Source: an uncultured Actinomycetota bacterium
Lineage (GTDB): Bacteria > Actinomycetota > Actinomycetes > Mycobacteriales > Micromonosporaceae
Length of the DNA: 64,000 bases
Reading direction: 5' to 3'
Assembly (NCBI GenBank): GCA_963753485.1
Contig: CAVWCL010000013.1
Span: forward strand, 80,355 to 144,354
In this document: positions 50,819 to 60,931 of the stretch, in pieces
How the letters are laid out: each line of letters opens with the position of its first letter
How positions within the stretch are numbered: the stretch's first letter is position 1
Translations under genes and position numbers: made by a program
The notes under the pieces: model-generated
Seen by the model: only the letters and a program-made list of their open reading frames with translations
The model's database searches: none
Told to the model about the DNA's origin: nothing

Positions 50819-50986
50819 TCACTGGTCCGCTTTGGCGCGCTTGAAATAGGCCACCAACTGCTCGGAGTTCGGCCCAGGGACCACGGCCACCAGCTCCCAC
50901 CCGTCCTCGCCCCAGGTGTCGAGGATCTGCTTGGTGGCGTGCACCAGCAAGGGCACGGTCGCGTACTCCCAACGCTGCGTCGGCAT
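50819..50986 (-). CDS. DUF4177-like small protein
   Basis: The ATG 50986 start gives the 55-aa product MPTQRWEYATVPL..GEDGWELVAVV. Assigned by memory of the family. Confidence 0.55.
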   Translation of the reverse strand: MPTQRWEYATVPLLVHATKQILDTWGEDGWELVAVVPGPNSEQLVAYFKRAKADQ

Positions 50987-51057
50987 GACGCGCAGAGTAG
51001 CCGGCGCCGGCGCCGCTGCCGGAAGTGGGGCCGCGGCCACCATGGCTGGCCGGCTCA

Positions 51058-52101
51058 ATGGGTAACCTCGATGGTGTGCCGTCCAGTGATCACCTGCCCC
51101 CGCGCTGGCCCGCCCGGCTGCACGTGGTCACCGGCAAGGGCGGAACCGGCAAGACCACCGTCGCGACCGCACTGGCGATCGCGCTCGCCGCGGAGGGCCG
51201 CCGGACCCTGATCATCGAGGTCGAGGAGCGCCAGGGCATCGCCGGCGTGTTCGACCAGGCCGAGCTGCCCTACGCCGAGCGCGCGGTGACCACCGGCTAC
51301 CCGGGCTCGGCCTCTGAAGGCGGCGGCGAGGTGTTCGCGCTTGCGGTCGACGCCGAGGAGGCGCTGCTGGAGTACCTCGACATGTTCTACCGGTTGGGGC
51401 GGGCGGGACGGGCGCTGAAGAAGCTCGGCGCGATCGACTTCGCCACCACGGTGGCCCCTGGGGTCCGCGACGTACTGATCACCGGCAAGGTGAAGGAGGC
51501 GGTCACCCGTACCGAGGATGGCCGGCGGGTCTACGACGCGGTGGTGCTTGATGCGCCGCCCACCGGCCGGATCGCCCGGTTCCTCAACGTCACCGCCGAG
51601 ACCGCGCGGTTGGCCAAGATCGGTCCGATCAAGAACCAGAGCGTCGGCGTCGCCGCTGTCCTGCGCTCGCCGGTCACCTCGGTCCACATCGTCACGCTGC
51701 TCGAGGAGATGCCGGTCCAGGAGACCACGGACGCCATCATCGAGCTGCATCGGTTGGGCCTGCCGGTCGGCACCATCATCATCAACGCCTACCGGCCACC
51801 ACTGCTGACGAAGGGCCGGGTCGGCCAGGCCGATGTGCGTCGCGGGTTGACCGCGGCCGGCCTACCGACGGAGAAGAATGTGGTCGCCGGCCTGGTCGCG
51901 GAGGCTCGGGCGTACCAGGCCCGCACCGAGGTGGAGGAGGGATTGCGCGCCGAGCTGGCCCAGCTCGGCCGGCCGATGGTGGACCTGCCGGCGCTGCCGT
52001 CCGGAGTGGATCTGGACGGGCTTCATCGCCTCGCCGGCCTGCTGCTCGCCGGTCCAGTGGCCCCGGCGGGCCCCGGCAACCGCCGTCCGGCGACGGTCTG
52101 A
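51058..52101 (+). CDS. ArsA-like (anion-transporting ATPase family) protein
   Basis: Deviant Walker A VTGKGGTGKTTVATALA. Paired with a second ArsA-like gene, as in Mtb Rv3679/Rv3680. The start is uncertain (ORF open from 51025). Confidence 0.8.
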   Translation: MGNLDGVPSSDHLPPRWPARLHVVTGKGGTGKTTVATALAIALAAEGRRTLIIEVEERQGIAGVFDQAELPYAERAVTTGYPGSASEGGGEVFALAVDAEEALLEYLDMFYRLGRAGRALKKLGAIDFATTVAPGVRDVLITGKVKEAVTRTEDGRRVYDAVVLDAPPTGRIARFLNVTAETARLAKIGPIKNQSVGVAAVLRSPVTSVHIVTLLEEMPVQETTDAIIELHRLGLPVGTIIINAYRPPLLTKGRVGQADVRRGLTAAGLPTEKNVVAGLVAEARAYQARTEVEEGLRAELAQLGRPMVDLPALPSGVDLDGLHRLAGLLLAGPVAPAGPGNRRPATV

Positions 52102-52104
52102 GCG

Positions 52105-53256
52105 ATGTCCGTCGACGACTCAACCACCGGCGCGCCGATCGCGTCGCGGATCCGCCTGGACATCGACGCCCTGTTGCGGAACCCCCAGATAAAGATCATC
52201 GTGTGCTGCGGGTCGGGCGGCGTCGGCAAGACGACCACCGCCGCGGCGCTCGCGGTCCGCGCCGCCGAGGAGCATGGCCGCCGCACCGTGGTGCTCACCA
52301 TCGACCCGGCCCGCCGGCTGGCCCAGTCGCTCGGGCTGACCGAGCTCGACAACACCCCGCGGGAGGTGCCGGTCAAGGCGGGCGAGCTCTCCGCGATGAT
52401 GCTCGACATGAAACGTACGTTCGACGATGTGGTCTCCGCGCATACCGACCCGACGCGGGCCGAGGAGATCTACGTCAACCCCTTCTACCAGGCGATGAGC
52501 TCCACCTTCGCGGGCACGCAGGAGTACATGGCGATGGAGAAGCTCAGCCAGTTGCGGGCCCGCGACGAGTGGGACCTGATCGTCGTCGACACCCCGCCAT
52601 CGCGCTCGGCGCTGGACTTCCTGGACGCGCCGGCCCGGCTCGGGCGATTCCTGGACGGCCGGATGCTGCGGCTGTTGCTCGCACCGGCGCGCACCGGGGG
52701 ACGCAGCGTGTTCAGCCTGGTCACCGCCTCGTTCGGGGTTTTCTCGAAGCTCATGGACAAGATCCTCGGGGCGCAGCTGATCACCGACCTCGCCGGCTTC
52801 GTCGGCGCGCTCGACTCCATGTTCGGCGGCTTCCGGCAGCGGGCGGAACAGACCTACCGGGTGCTCCAGGCTCCCGAGACCGCGTTCCTCGTGGTCGCCT
52901 CGCCCGAGCCGGACGCCATCCGGGAGGCGGTCTACTTCGCCGGGCGGCTCTCCGCCGACCAGATGCCGCTCGCCGGCCTGGTGCTCAACCGGGTCCACGA
53001 GGTCCCGGCCGGGGAGATCGGGGCCGCGGAGGCGGCCCGAGCCGCCGCGGCGATCCGGGCCGAGTTCCCGGTCGCCGCGGAGGTTCTGGAGATCCACGCC
53101 GGACTGCAGGAACTGGCGCAGCGCGAGCGCGCGGTGGCGAGTCGGTTCACCCGGGCGCATCCAGACGTACCGGTGGCCACGATCGCAGCGCAGCCCGTCG
53201 ACGTCCACGACGTCGACGGGCTGCGCGAGATCGGTACCGCGGTGGCCGCGTCCTGA
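52105..53256 (+). CDS. ArsA-like (anion-transporting ATPase family) protein
   Basis: CCGSGGVGKTTTAAALA P-loop, DTPPS motif, 383 aa. Confidence 0.8.
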   Translation: MSVDDSTTGAPIASRIRLDIDALLRNPQIKIIVCCGSGGVGKTTTAAALAVRAAEEHGRRTVVLTIDPARRLAQSLGLTELDNTPREVPVKAGELSAMMLDMKRTFDDVVSAHTDPTRAEEIYVNPFYQAMSSTFAGTQEYMAMEKLSQLRARDEWDLIVVDTPPSRSALDFLDAPARLGRFLDGRMLRLLLAPARTGGRSVFSLVTASFGVFSKLMDKILGAQLITDLAGFVGALDSMFGGFRQRAEQTYRVLQAPETAFLVVASPEPDAIREAVYFAGRLSADQMPLAGLVLNRVHEVPAGEIGAAEAARAAAAIRAEFPVAAEVLEIHAGLQELAQRERAVASRFTRAHPDVPVATIAAQPVDVHDVDGLREIGTAVAAS

Positions 53257-53259
53257 CGG

Positions 53260-53550
53260 TCAGCCCGCGTTGACGAGGTCCCGCTGCTTGATGGCGGCCT
53301 CGAACATCTGCCGCCAGCTCGTCACCTTGGGGTGCCGGCGCAGGAGCGCCCGGCGTTCCCGCTCGGTCATGCCGCCCCAGACCCCGAACTCGATCCGGTT
53401 GTCGAGGGCATCGGCCAGGCATTCGTAGCGCACCGGGCAGCCGCGGCAGATCCGCTTCGCCACGTTCTGCTCGGCGCCCTGGACGAACAGGGCGTCCGGG
53501 TCTCCGTTCCGGCACGCGGCCAGACTTGGCCAGTCGGCGATCATCCCCAT
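53260..53550 (-). CDS. whiB4: WhiB-family Fe-S transcription factor (WhiB4/WblA position)
   Basis: Four Cys (C..CRGCPVRYEC), GVWGG turn and a basic tail. Divergent from the PBP gene, as in Mtb Rv3681c. Confidence 0.85.
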   Translation of the reverse strand: MGMIADWPSLAACRNGDPDALFVQGAEQNVAKRICRGCPVRYECLADALDNRIEFGVWGGMTERERRALLRRHPKVTSWRQMFEAAIKQRDLVNAG

Positions 53551-53915
53551 GTGTTGACGTCCCCCCTTGTCTGCGCTCCCCGGTCGCCACGGCCACCAGC
53601 GCCCTTACCCCTCAGCGCCTGTCTACGCCGACCGCGACCACCCGGATCTGCCTGACGCGAGGACTCCGCCTCGCCGGGACCATCATGCTCCGTAGTCATG
53701 TGACTACGCAACGTCGTCCACAAAAAACGTGAACCGGGCATGGCGAACTGGTCCGAACTCACGCGCCCCGCCCAGACGGCACATCGACCCCGCCGGGGCG
53801 CCGCAAGACCGAAATCCGACACCCCCTGGTCGCAACCTCTGGGCAACCGTGGTGCGTCAGTCAGGGCGTACCGGAACCGTCGCGATTGTCCAGGTGATCA
53901 TCGGCGGCCCCCGCC

Positions 53916-56402
53916 GTGCCCGCGATCCTCAGCCTGTTCCTCTACCCTGTGGCGGTGACCTGGATGCGTAAGCGTGACCGGAGCCTGGTGGCCAACGCGG
54001 CCTCTCTGTTGCTCTGTGGGGTACTCGCCGGGGTCGTGGTGGCGGCCGCCGCCTTCCCCGCGATCGCGATGGGCGGACTCGCCGCCAAGACCGGCGCGGA
54101 CACCTTCGGCCGGCTGCCCAGCGAGCTGAACGTCCCCACCCCGCCCCAGATCACCTACGTCTATGCGAGCGACAACAAGACCCGGCTGTTCATGTTCTAC
54201 GACGAGAATCGCCACGACATCCCGTTCAGCGAGATCCCGCCGGTCATGCGCAACGCCATCATCGCCGCCGAGGATCAGCGGTTCTACCACCACAACGGGG
54301 TCGACCTGCAGGGCATCGTGCGGGCGTTCGTGGCGAACCGGCAGGCCGACGACAGCCAGGGCGCGTCCACCCTGACCATGCAGTACGTCCGGCAGGCCAT
54401 CACCTACTCCGCCACCAGCCCGGCCGAGATCATCGCGGCCACGGAGAAGACCAACGCGCGAAAGCTGCGTGAGGCTCGGCTGGCGCTGTCGTTGGAGACC
54501 GTGCTCACCAAGGACCAGATCCTGGAGCGCTACCTCAACATCGCCTCGTTCGGCCACGGGGCGTTCGGGGTCTACGCGGCCAGCCAGGTCTACTTCAACA
54601 AGGAGCCGAAGGATCTCACCCTCGGCGAGGCGGCCCTGCTCGCGAGCCTGCCGAAGGCACCCAGCGACTACGACCCGACCGACCCCGGGGGCCTCACCCA
54701 TGCGCTCGCGCGGCGAGACTACGTCCTCGGCCAGATGGTCGAGATGGGCACCGCGACCCAGGCCCAGGCGGACGCGGCCAAGCAGGAGCCCCTCAAGATC
54801 ACTGGCAAGCGCACGCCGAACGGGTGTGTCTCCACCCTCAACCCCAGCTGGGGTTTCTTCTGCGACTACTTCTACCGCTGGTGGATCGCCCAACCCGCGT
54901 TCGGCGAGGACGAGGCACTGCGGGCGGCCAAGCTCAAGTCCGGCGGCTACCGGATCGTGACCACACTCGATGTGAAGGTGCAGAACGCTGCGAAGACCAA
55001 CATCGAGAAGCAGCTGTCGACCGGACACTCGGACGCCCTCATGATCGCGGCGATCGAGCCCGGCACCGGCGCCGTGCGGGCGCTCGCGGTCAACCGCAAC
55101 TACGGCCTCGACACCAGCAAGAACAAGCCGTCGTCGGACCCGGCCAAACGGAAGGCCGGCATTCTCGGCACCTACCCGACGACCACGAACCCGTTGCTCA
55201 CCGGCGGCAACGACATCTCCGGCTACAAGTCCGGGTCCACCTTCAAGATCTTCACGATGCTGGCCGCGCTGGAGAAGGGCTACCCGCTGGACTTCCGGAT
55301 CACCGCCAAGTCGCCGTACAAGTCGTCCTACATCGTCGGCATCGGGGACCAGTCGGCCTGCAAGGACCACTCCGGCAAGTGGTGTCCGGTCAACGCCAAC
55401 CCCTCGTACATGAACGGCCCGCGCAACATGTGGAGTGGGTACGGCCGGTCGGTGAACACCTACTGGGTCCCAATGGAGGAGAAGGTCGGCGCGGAGAACG
55501 CGGTCGCGATGGCGAAGCGGCTCGGCATCGTGTTCCGGGCCTCGAAGGACAAGCAGATCACCGACAGCCCGCAGCTGTCGCACACGTTCGGGCCGTTCAC
55601 CATCGGGGTGACCGACACCGTGCCGCTCGAACTGGCCAACGCCTACGCGACCGTGGCCGCCGAGGGCAAGTACTGCACGCCGATCCCGCTGGCTCACATC
55701 TATGACAACCGTGGCGTCGAGCTGCCCGACGTCGGCACGCCGAACTGCAAGCAGGTGGTCAAGCCGGAGATCGCCCGGGCCGCCGCCGATGTCGCGCGCT
55801 GCCCGATCTACGACCAGGGCGGCCTGGGCCGCTGCGACGGCGGCACCTCGACCGCCGTGCTCGGCCAGCGGGTGGCGAAGGTCGTCGGCTACCCGGTGAT
55901 CGGCAAGACCGGCACATCCGACCACAACTGGACCGCCAACCTGATCCTGAGCACCAAACAGCTCACCATGGCGGGCGTCCTCGCCAATCCGGACTACGCC
56001 GAAACAAACCACGACATCACCGCGGCCCAGAAGGTCAACAGCGCGGTCGCGCTGGCCATGCGGGACTCGATGAAGGGCCTCAAGAAGTTCCAGTTCGCCA
56101 AGCCGCCGAACAGCCTCGTGGTCGGCAAACAGGTCCGCGTTCCCGCGGTGACCTGCAAGACGGTGGCCGCCGCGACCAACGCGATCGAGGCTGTCGGCTT
56201 CGATGTGTCGGTCGACGACACCCCGATCGACTCGGTCTGCCCGAAGGACACGGTCGCGCAAACCGACCCGGCCGGCTCCACCAGCAAGGGCGCCACCGTG
56301 AACCTGATCCTAAGCTCCGGCAAGCCGCCTGCCGGTGGTGGTGGTGGTGGTGGTGGTGGCGGCGGCGGCGGCCCGGGCCCCGGCCCCGGCCCGGGCCACT
56401 AG
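53916..56402 (+). CDS. ponA2: class A penicillin-binding protein (transglycosylase/transpeptidase, PASTA, Gly/Pro tail)
   Basis: GT51 motifs AAEDQRFYHHNGVD, GASTLTMQ and RKLREA. Transpeptidase motifs SGSTFK and GKTGTS. C-terminal PASTA-like segment. The start (GTG 53916 or a downstream ATG) is uncertain. Confidence 0.9.
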   Translation: MPAILSLFLYPVAVTWMRKRDRSLVANAASLLLCGVLAGVVVAAAAFPAIAMGGLAAKTGADTFGRLPSELNVPTPPQITYVYASDNKTRLFMFYDENRHDIPFSEIPPVMRNAIIAAEDQRFYHHNGVDLQGIVRAFVANRQADDSQGASTLTMQYVRQAITYSATSPAEIIAATEKTNARKLREARLALSLETVLTKDQILERYLNIASFGHGAFGVYAASQVYFNKEPKDLTLGEAALLASLPKAPSDYDPTDPGGLTHALARRDYVLGQMVEMGTATQAQADAAKQEPLKITGKRTPNGCVSTLNPSWGFFCDYFYRWWIAQPAFGEDEALRAAKLKSGGYRIVTTLDVKVQNAAKTNIEKQLSTGHSDALMIAAIEPGTGAVRALAVNRNYGLDTSKNKPSSDPAKRKAGILGTYPTTTNPLLTGGNDISGYKSGSTFKIFTMLAALEKGYPLDFRITAKSPYKSSYIVGIGDQSACKDHSGKWCPVNANPSYMNGPRNMWSGYGRSVNTYWVPMEEKVGAENAVAMAKRLGIVFRASKDKQITDSPQLSHTFGPFTIGVTDTVPLELANAYATVAAEGKYCTPIPLAHIYDNRGVELPDVGTPNCKQVVKPEIARAAADVARCPIYDQGGLGRCDGGTSTAVLGQRVAKVVGYPVIGKTGTSDHNWTANLILSTKQLTMAGVLANPDYAETNHDITAAQKVNSAVALAMRDSMKGLKKFQFAKPPNSLVVGKQVRVPAVTCKTVAAATNAIEAVGFDVSVDDTPIDSVCPKDTVAQTDPAGSTSKGATVNLILSSGKPPAGGGGGGGGGGGGGPGPGPGPGH
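56334..56399 (+). repeat. trinucleotide/hexanucleotide run (GGT)n(GGC)n(CCSGGC)n encoding poly-Gly then (PG)4
   Basis: Direct reading gives GGTGGTGGTGGTGGTGGTGGTGGCGGCGGCGGCGGC CCGGGCCCCGGCCCCGGCCCGGGC at the 3' end of the PBP gene. Confidence 0.85.
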
Positions 56403-56502
56403 CGCTTCCCGTCGATCTAGGGCTTATGCACGTGCTTCGATCTCCAATCGCGTGCGTACGTCCAAGGTCAGCGGCCTCGCAAGCCTCCCGTACCCTGGGG
56501 CC

Positions 56503-57396
56503 ATGCGCGCACGCACCGGGTACAGCGCCCTGGCCGGGCTCGCCCTCGCCGGCGCCGCGACCCTGGCGTACGCCTCGCTGATCGAGCGCAACCGGTTCAC
56601 GCTGCGCCGCTTCGACGTCCCGGTGCTCGCCCCCGACGCCGAACCCCTGCGGGTCCTGCACGTCTCCGACCTGCACCTGACTCCCGGCCAACGGCGCAAG
56701 CAGCAGTGGGTCGCCGACCTCGCGGGCCTGGATCCGGACCTCGTCGTGGTCACCGGGGACAACATCGCCCACCCCGACGCGGTGGCGGAGCTCGCCCGGG
56801 CCTACGGCCCGCTCTTCGCCTACCCAGGGGCTTTCGTCTTCGGGTCGAACGACTACTACAGGCCGGTCTTCAAGAACCCGTTCGGCTACTTCAACGCCGA
56901 GCGCGACTACGTCCACGGCCCGGAGCTGCCGGTCGAGGAGCTCCGTGAGCTGTTCACCGGGGCCGGCTGGGTCGACCTCAACAACGCCCGTACGTCGATA
57001 AAGGCGGGTGGGCGCGCCATCGAGCTCGTCGGAGTCGACGATCCGCACATCGACCGCGACGACTACCAGGCGGTGACCGGCCGGGCCGACCCGGCGGCGG
57101 ACGTCGCCATCGGGCTCACCCACACCCCTGAGCCTCGCGTGCTCGACGAGATGGCGGTCGACCGGTTCCGGCTGCTGCTCGCCGGTCATACCCACGGCGG
57201 CCAGGTCTGCCTGCCAGGGGTCGGCGCGCTGGTGACCAACTGCGGCCTGGACCGCCGGATGGCCAAGGGCCTGCACCGCTGGCCGGCGACCGCTTCCTGG
57301 CTGCACGTGTCGGCCGGCGTAGGCACCCACCCGACTGCGCCGGTCCGCTTCGCCTGCCCACCCGAGGCCAGCCTGTTGACGCTGGTCGCGGTCTAG
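56503..57396 (+). CDS. metallophosphoesterase
   Basis: N-terminal TM, then LHVSDLHL, GDN and GHTHGGQ motifs. The ORF is open from 56335, but that part is the poly-Gly repeat read in another frame. Confidence 0.8.
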   Translation: MRARTGYSALAGLALAGAATLAYASLIERNRFTLRRFDVPVLAPDAEPLRVLHVSDLHLTPGQRRKQQWVADLAGLDPDLVVVTGDNIAHPDAVAELARAYGPLFAYPGAFVFGSNDYYRPVFKNPFGYFNAERDYVHGPELPVEELRELFTGAGWVDLNNARTSIKAGGRAIELVGVDDPHIDRDDYQAVTGRADPAADVAIGLTHTPEPRVLDEMAVDRFRLLLAGHTHGGQVCLPGVGALVTNCGLDRRMAKGLHRWPATASWLHVSAGVGTHPTAPVRFACPPEASLLTLVAV

Positions 57397-57458
57397 CCCG
57401 ACGGCTGGGATACCTCGTCGGCCCGATCGCGGGCGTGGGCTACGATGGCTCGGCACGC

Positions 57459-57533
<75 letters not shown>

Positions 57534-57757
57534 CAGAGAAATGCAGGTCAGCGGCCTGTCCACCAAGATCGGTGGGCGAGCCATGATCATTATATAAGCC
57601 AAATGTAAGCGGGACGCGTCGTCACGTGGCGGCTCAACACGGCACGAGGCGACACATGAATGACCCGCGGTTCCACGGGTCCAGACGGATTCGGACCGGG
57701 ACCACACGTCAAGATCGGCCTGCGCCCAGGTTTGACGACCAGGGGTTGGGCGACGCA

Positions 57758-58820
57758 TTAACGCGGCAGTCGGTTGGCGCGGGCCCGTTGGGCCTGGAGA
57801 AGCACCCCACTTGCATTCAATCGAAACCTGGCCATAGGCACACTTACACTGTGCTTCTGTGCAATAGCTTCTGGATCGGTTCCGGCGAATGCCTCGCGGA
57901 GCAGGAGTGACGGGGCAGGAGCAGGCAGCCGGCGAGCCAGTTGGCCTCTTCCTCCTGCTCGGGGTTGCAGGTGAAGAAGGTGTGGCCGGCGATCTGCTGG
58001 ATTTCGCGGACGTCGTGGTCGAGCAGGATGTGGGCGAGTTCGTGAGCGATGTCGCTGTTGGTGCGGCCGGCATCGTTGAAGGGGTTGTACGACGGTGACG
58101 ATCCGGCCGTCGGGCAGGTGGAAGGTGGCGGCGGAGAAGGCGCCGGGCTGGAGCCGTTCGAGTTCTTCGAGTCGGGCGCGGCCGACGAGCTGGTCTGCGC
58201 CGAGATGACTTCGACGTTGAGGTGTTGGCGAGTTCACGGATGTCAGTGGTCGTGGGGCTGAGAGCCCATCTGGGTCCGGGTACGGTCGGCGAGCCGTTCG
58301 GCTTCGGCCTTGAATCCTCGTCGCATGTCGCATACCTGCCGCCCGAAGTAAGTGCCGGGCCGGCGGCTCGGCTATGAGCTGTGTGCTGCATCTCGTCGAG
58401 CAGTTCGCCGAGCAGCCGGGCCGCTTCGGGCTTGAAGGTGGGGGCGGCGCGAGGCGCACGCGCACCTCGCGATCGGTGGCGGGCGAGGCTGGTGTAGAGC
58501 TCGCGGACCAGGGCGGCGATCTGTCCGGCGGCCTCGTCGGTGAGGTTCGGGTCGCGGGCGAGGTGGTGGGCGATGATCTCCGGGGTGTTCTCGGTGCGGA
58601 TCTGCGGCGGCTGGAAGAACAGCTCCGGCGGCAGGCCGAGCCAGGCACGATCCGCCGGAAATTGGCTAGGTCGGGCAGGTGGCCTTTCTCGACCCGGGCG
58701 AGGGTGTTGAACGGGACGTCCGCCTGCGGCCGCCGCGCGCAGGCTGAGGCCGACGTGTCGGTCGCGTTGCCTTACGGACTGGCAGGCCTTCAGCACCTCG
58801 ATGTCGACGGGTTCGTCCAT
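57758..58820 (-). pseudogene. XRE-type HTH plus ImmA/IrrE (M78) metallopeptidase, CapH/CapP-like, frameshifted
   Basis: GGAGGTG precedes ATG 58820. HTH pieces are MDEPVDIEVLKACQSVRQRDRHVGLSLRAAA and, in another frame, ADVPFNTLARVEKGHLPDLANFRRIV. Peptidase pieces are RIVTVV / YNPFNDAGRTNSDIAHELAHILLDHD..EEEANWLAGCLLLPR / LLREAFAGTDPEAIAQKHSVSVPMARFRL, in alternating frames. It could be one fused gene or two. Confidence 0.6.
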
Positions 58821-58839
58821 GCTCACCTCCTTCCTGCGT

Positions 58840-58861
58840 CCGTGCCCGTTGTGGGGCACGG
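58840..58861. promoter_or_regulatory. inverted repeat (candidate operator) in the divergent regulator/CBASS intergenic region
   Basis: CCGTGCCC-GTTGTG-GGGCACGG is a perfect 8-bp inverted repeat with a 6-bp spacer, 20-40 nt upstream of the XRE start. Confidence 0.3.
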
Positions 58862-59045
58862 TAGCGCCCGGCATCGAGTTGCGAGACAGGTCGCCTTGCC
58901 AACGATGCGGTGGCCCACATGGTTGTACCTCGATCGGTACATGCCGTACGATCTGCGTACAGTCGATCGTAACCCGGTCCGGGCAGAGCCGCGGCGAACC
59001 GTTGACTGTGCATAACGTCCGCCCTGGAAGCTGAGGTGCTAAGCC

Positions 59046-59957
59046 ATGACCGAGCTCATCGACGCAGCCCGCCTGTGCGCGCCGCATCCGGACGCCGGTG
59101 TCGCCCGGCGTCGCCGATGCGCGCTGCTGCCCGACGCGGCCTTCGCCGCCGACTGGTCGGCGATCTTGCTCCGGCCGGGATGAAGGAGCAGCTGCTGCGG
59201 ACCGTGGTGGCCGGGCTCAGGCTGCGCGCGGCCGTGCCGTTCGCCGCGCTGCCACTGCACGGCGTCCTGCTGCTGACCGGCCCGCCCGGTGTCGGCAAGA
59301 CCACCCTGGCCCGCGGACTGGCCGACAAGGTCGCCCGGACCGTCACGGGGCTCGGGGCCGTGGCCCTTCATCGAGGTCGACCCGCACGAGCTGGCCAGCT
59401 CGTCACTGGGCCGCAGCCAGCGCAGCGTCAGCCAGCTGTTCGGCACCGTGCTGCAGGAGCAGGCCAGCCGCCGGCCCGCTGATCGTGCTGTTCGACGAGG
59501 TGGAGACCGCTGTTCACCGACCGGCGCGGCCCTGTCGATGGACGCCAACCCGATCGACGTCCACCGCGCGGTCGACGCGGCGCTGGTCGGCCTGGACCAG
59601 CTCGCCCGCGCCACCCGGACGTCCTGATCATCGCGACCAGCAACTTCCCGGGCGCGATCGACCCGGCGCTGGCCTCCCGCGCCGACAGGATCTTCGAGGT
59701 GCCGCTGCCGGACCTGCGGCCGCCGCCGGCATCCTGGAGCACACCATCGCGGCGGTCGCCGCCGCGTTCCCCGGCGCGCGGGCGCTCCTGGAACCCGCGG
59801 TGCTGGACCGCGCCGCCGAGTTTCCGCGACGGGCTGGACGGCCGGCGGCTGCGCAAGGCGGTGGCCGCCGCGTGCGCACCCCGGAGGCGCACGGGTGATC
59901 CCGGACCGGGTTATCGCCCGAAGACCTGCTCGCAGCGCTCGCCGAATGGGGGGCCAG
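59046..59957 (+). pseudogene. TRIP13/Pch2-like AAA+ ATPase (CBASS Cap6-like), frameshifted
   Basis: AGGTG lies 8 nt upstream of ATG 59046. Pieces in three frames are LLLTGPPGVGKTTLARGLADKVA (Walker A), PLIVLFDEVE (Walker B), DVLIIATSNFPGAIDPALASRADRIFEVPLPD and GLDGRRLRKAV. At least 8 frame changes. Confidence 0.6.
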
Positions 59958-60420
59958 CAGTGAGCGTTGTGCCCGCACGGTCGCCGCGATCCCGGTCCGT
60001 ACCTCCGTCGAGACCTGGGAGGCCATCGCCGAGCTCCTGGCCCCGCCGCGTGCCGCCCGCGCCGACCTTGACGCGGTCACCAACATCGCGGCCATCCTGA
60101 TCAGCGCGGAGTACACCCGTCAGGCGCCGATCGTCGTCATGCCCGCCAGCGGCCCGCGGATCCGGTCCGCACCGTCCACGGCACGGACGCGATCGAGCCG
60201 CGGTGAGGAGAGCCCGCTCGCGGCGGCCGCTGGCCGAGCCCGGCTGGCAAGATGTCGCTGCCCTGCGGCATCGATGACATCGACGAGATCCGGGGCGCCC
60301 TGCCGCCCACCCCGGCATCGAGGTCCGCGACCTCACCGAGGGCATCACCGGGAGCACGGCCGCCGCGCACCGCGACGCCGCCGGATGGTCGGTCGACTAC
60401 GACGAGATGGGGCGCCGTGA
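59954..60420 (+). pseudogene. unknown CBASS-operon gene (possible second HORMA-like protein), frameshifted
   Basis: GTGA junctions at both ends. Readable pieces are RTVAAIPVRTSVETWEAIAELLAPPRAARADLDAVTNIAAILISAEYTRQAPIVVMPASGPRI, PVRTVHGTDAIEPR, MSLPCGIDDIDEIRGALPP and GIEVRDLTEGITGSTAAAHRDAAGWSVDYDE. No family recognised. Confidence 0.3.
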
Positions 60421-60931
60421 CCACCGCCGTCCACGTCAACACCACCACCTACGCGACCACCCACGTCGCCACCAACATGCTCGGCAGCATCCGCCGATCA
60501 TCAAGGGCAGCGGCCTGAACCCGGCCTGCTCCGCGACAGTGGGCGGCCCTGGAAGACGGCATCGCCACCTGGCTGGCCTCCCGGCATCTGAAGGCGGTCA
60601 CCCTGGAGGTCTACGACCCCGGCAAGCAGCGGCGACGACCTGGTCGGCCGGTTCGACTTCACCATCGACTACGGCTACTACCCCGGCGGTGACGGGGACC
60701 TATGGCTCGACCCGGACACCGTCGCCTACGCCATCCGCAAGAACGGCTCCTACCCCGGCCGCTGCCAGTACCGGATCGTCGCCGACACCGCGCCCGGCCA
60801 CCCGGAGTCCCCGGCTGGAGGCCACCACCTACCGGTCCACGGCTGGGTTCACCCGCCATATCGTCGGCACCGCGCTCGGCGGCGGCAGCCTCGGCGCCGG
60901 CCTGGCCTACTACAGCAGGAGCGGCAGATGA
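60417..60931 (+). pseudogene. bacterial HORMA-domain protein (CBASS Cap7-like), frameshifted
   Basis: Pieces are VTTAVHVNTTTYATTHVATNMLGSIRR / IIKGSGLNPA / QWAALEDGIATWLASRHLKAVTLEVYDPGKQ / GDDLVGRFDFTIDYGYYPGGDGDLWLDPDTVAYAIRKNGSYPGRCQYRIVADTAPG / TTYRSTAGFTRHIVGTALGGGSLGAGLAYYSRSGR. They match my recollection of bacterial HORMA1-type proteins, and the operon context fits. Confidence 0.45.

Noticed and set aside
53898-56261. 787-aa minus-strand ORF opposite the class A PBP gene
   Set aside because: Antisense shadow ORF. The PBP frame carries all GT51 and transpeptidase motifs, whereas this frame has low-complexity Arg/Gly/Asp/Val composition.
57534-57757. Search for an integrase gene, an att direct repeat of the tRNA-Pro 3' end, or a small gene next to the tRNA
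   Set aside because: No convincing ORF and no second copy of GGTTCAAATCCCGCCACCCCG was seen within the window. An island boundary therefore cannot be claimed from this side alone.
58931-58975. Reiterated CGTAC / CGATCG motifs (CGATCGGTACATGCCGTACGATCTGCGTACAGTCGATCG) as a second operator in the regulator/CBASS intergenic region
   Set aside because: The symmetry is imperfect, and CGATCG and GTAC are self-complementary tetramers and hexamers that can arise by chance. The cleaner 8-6-8 repeat at 58840 is kept as the only candidate.
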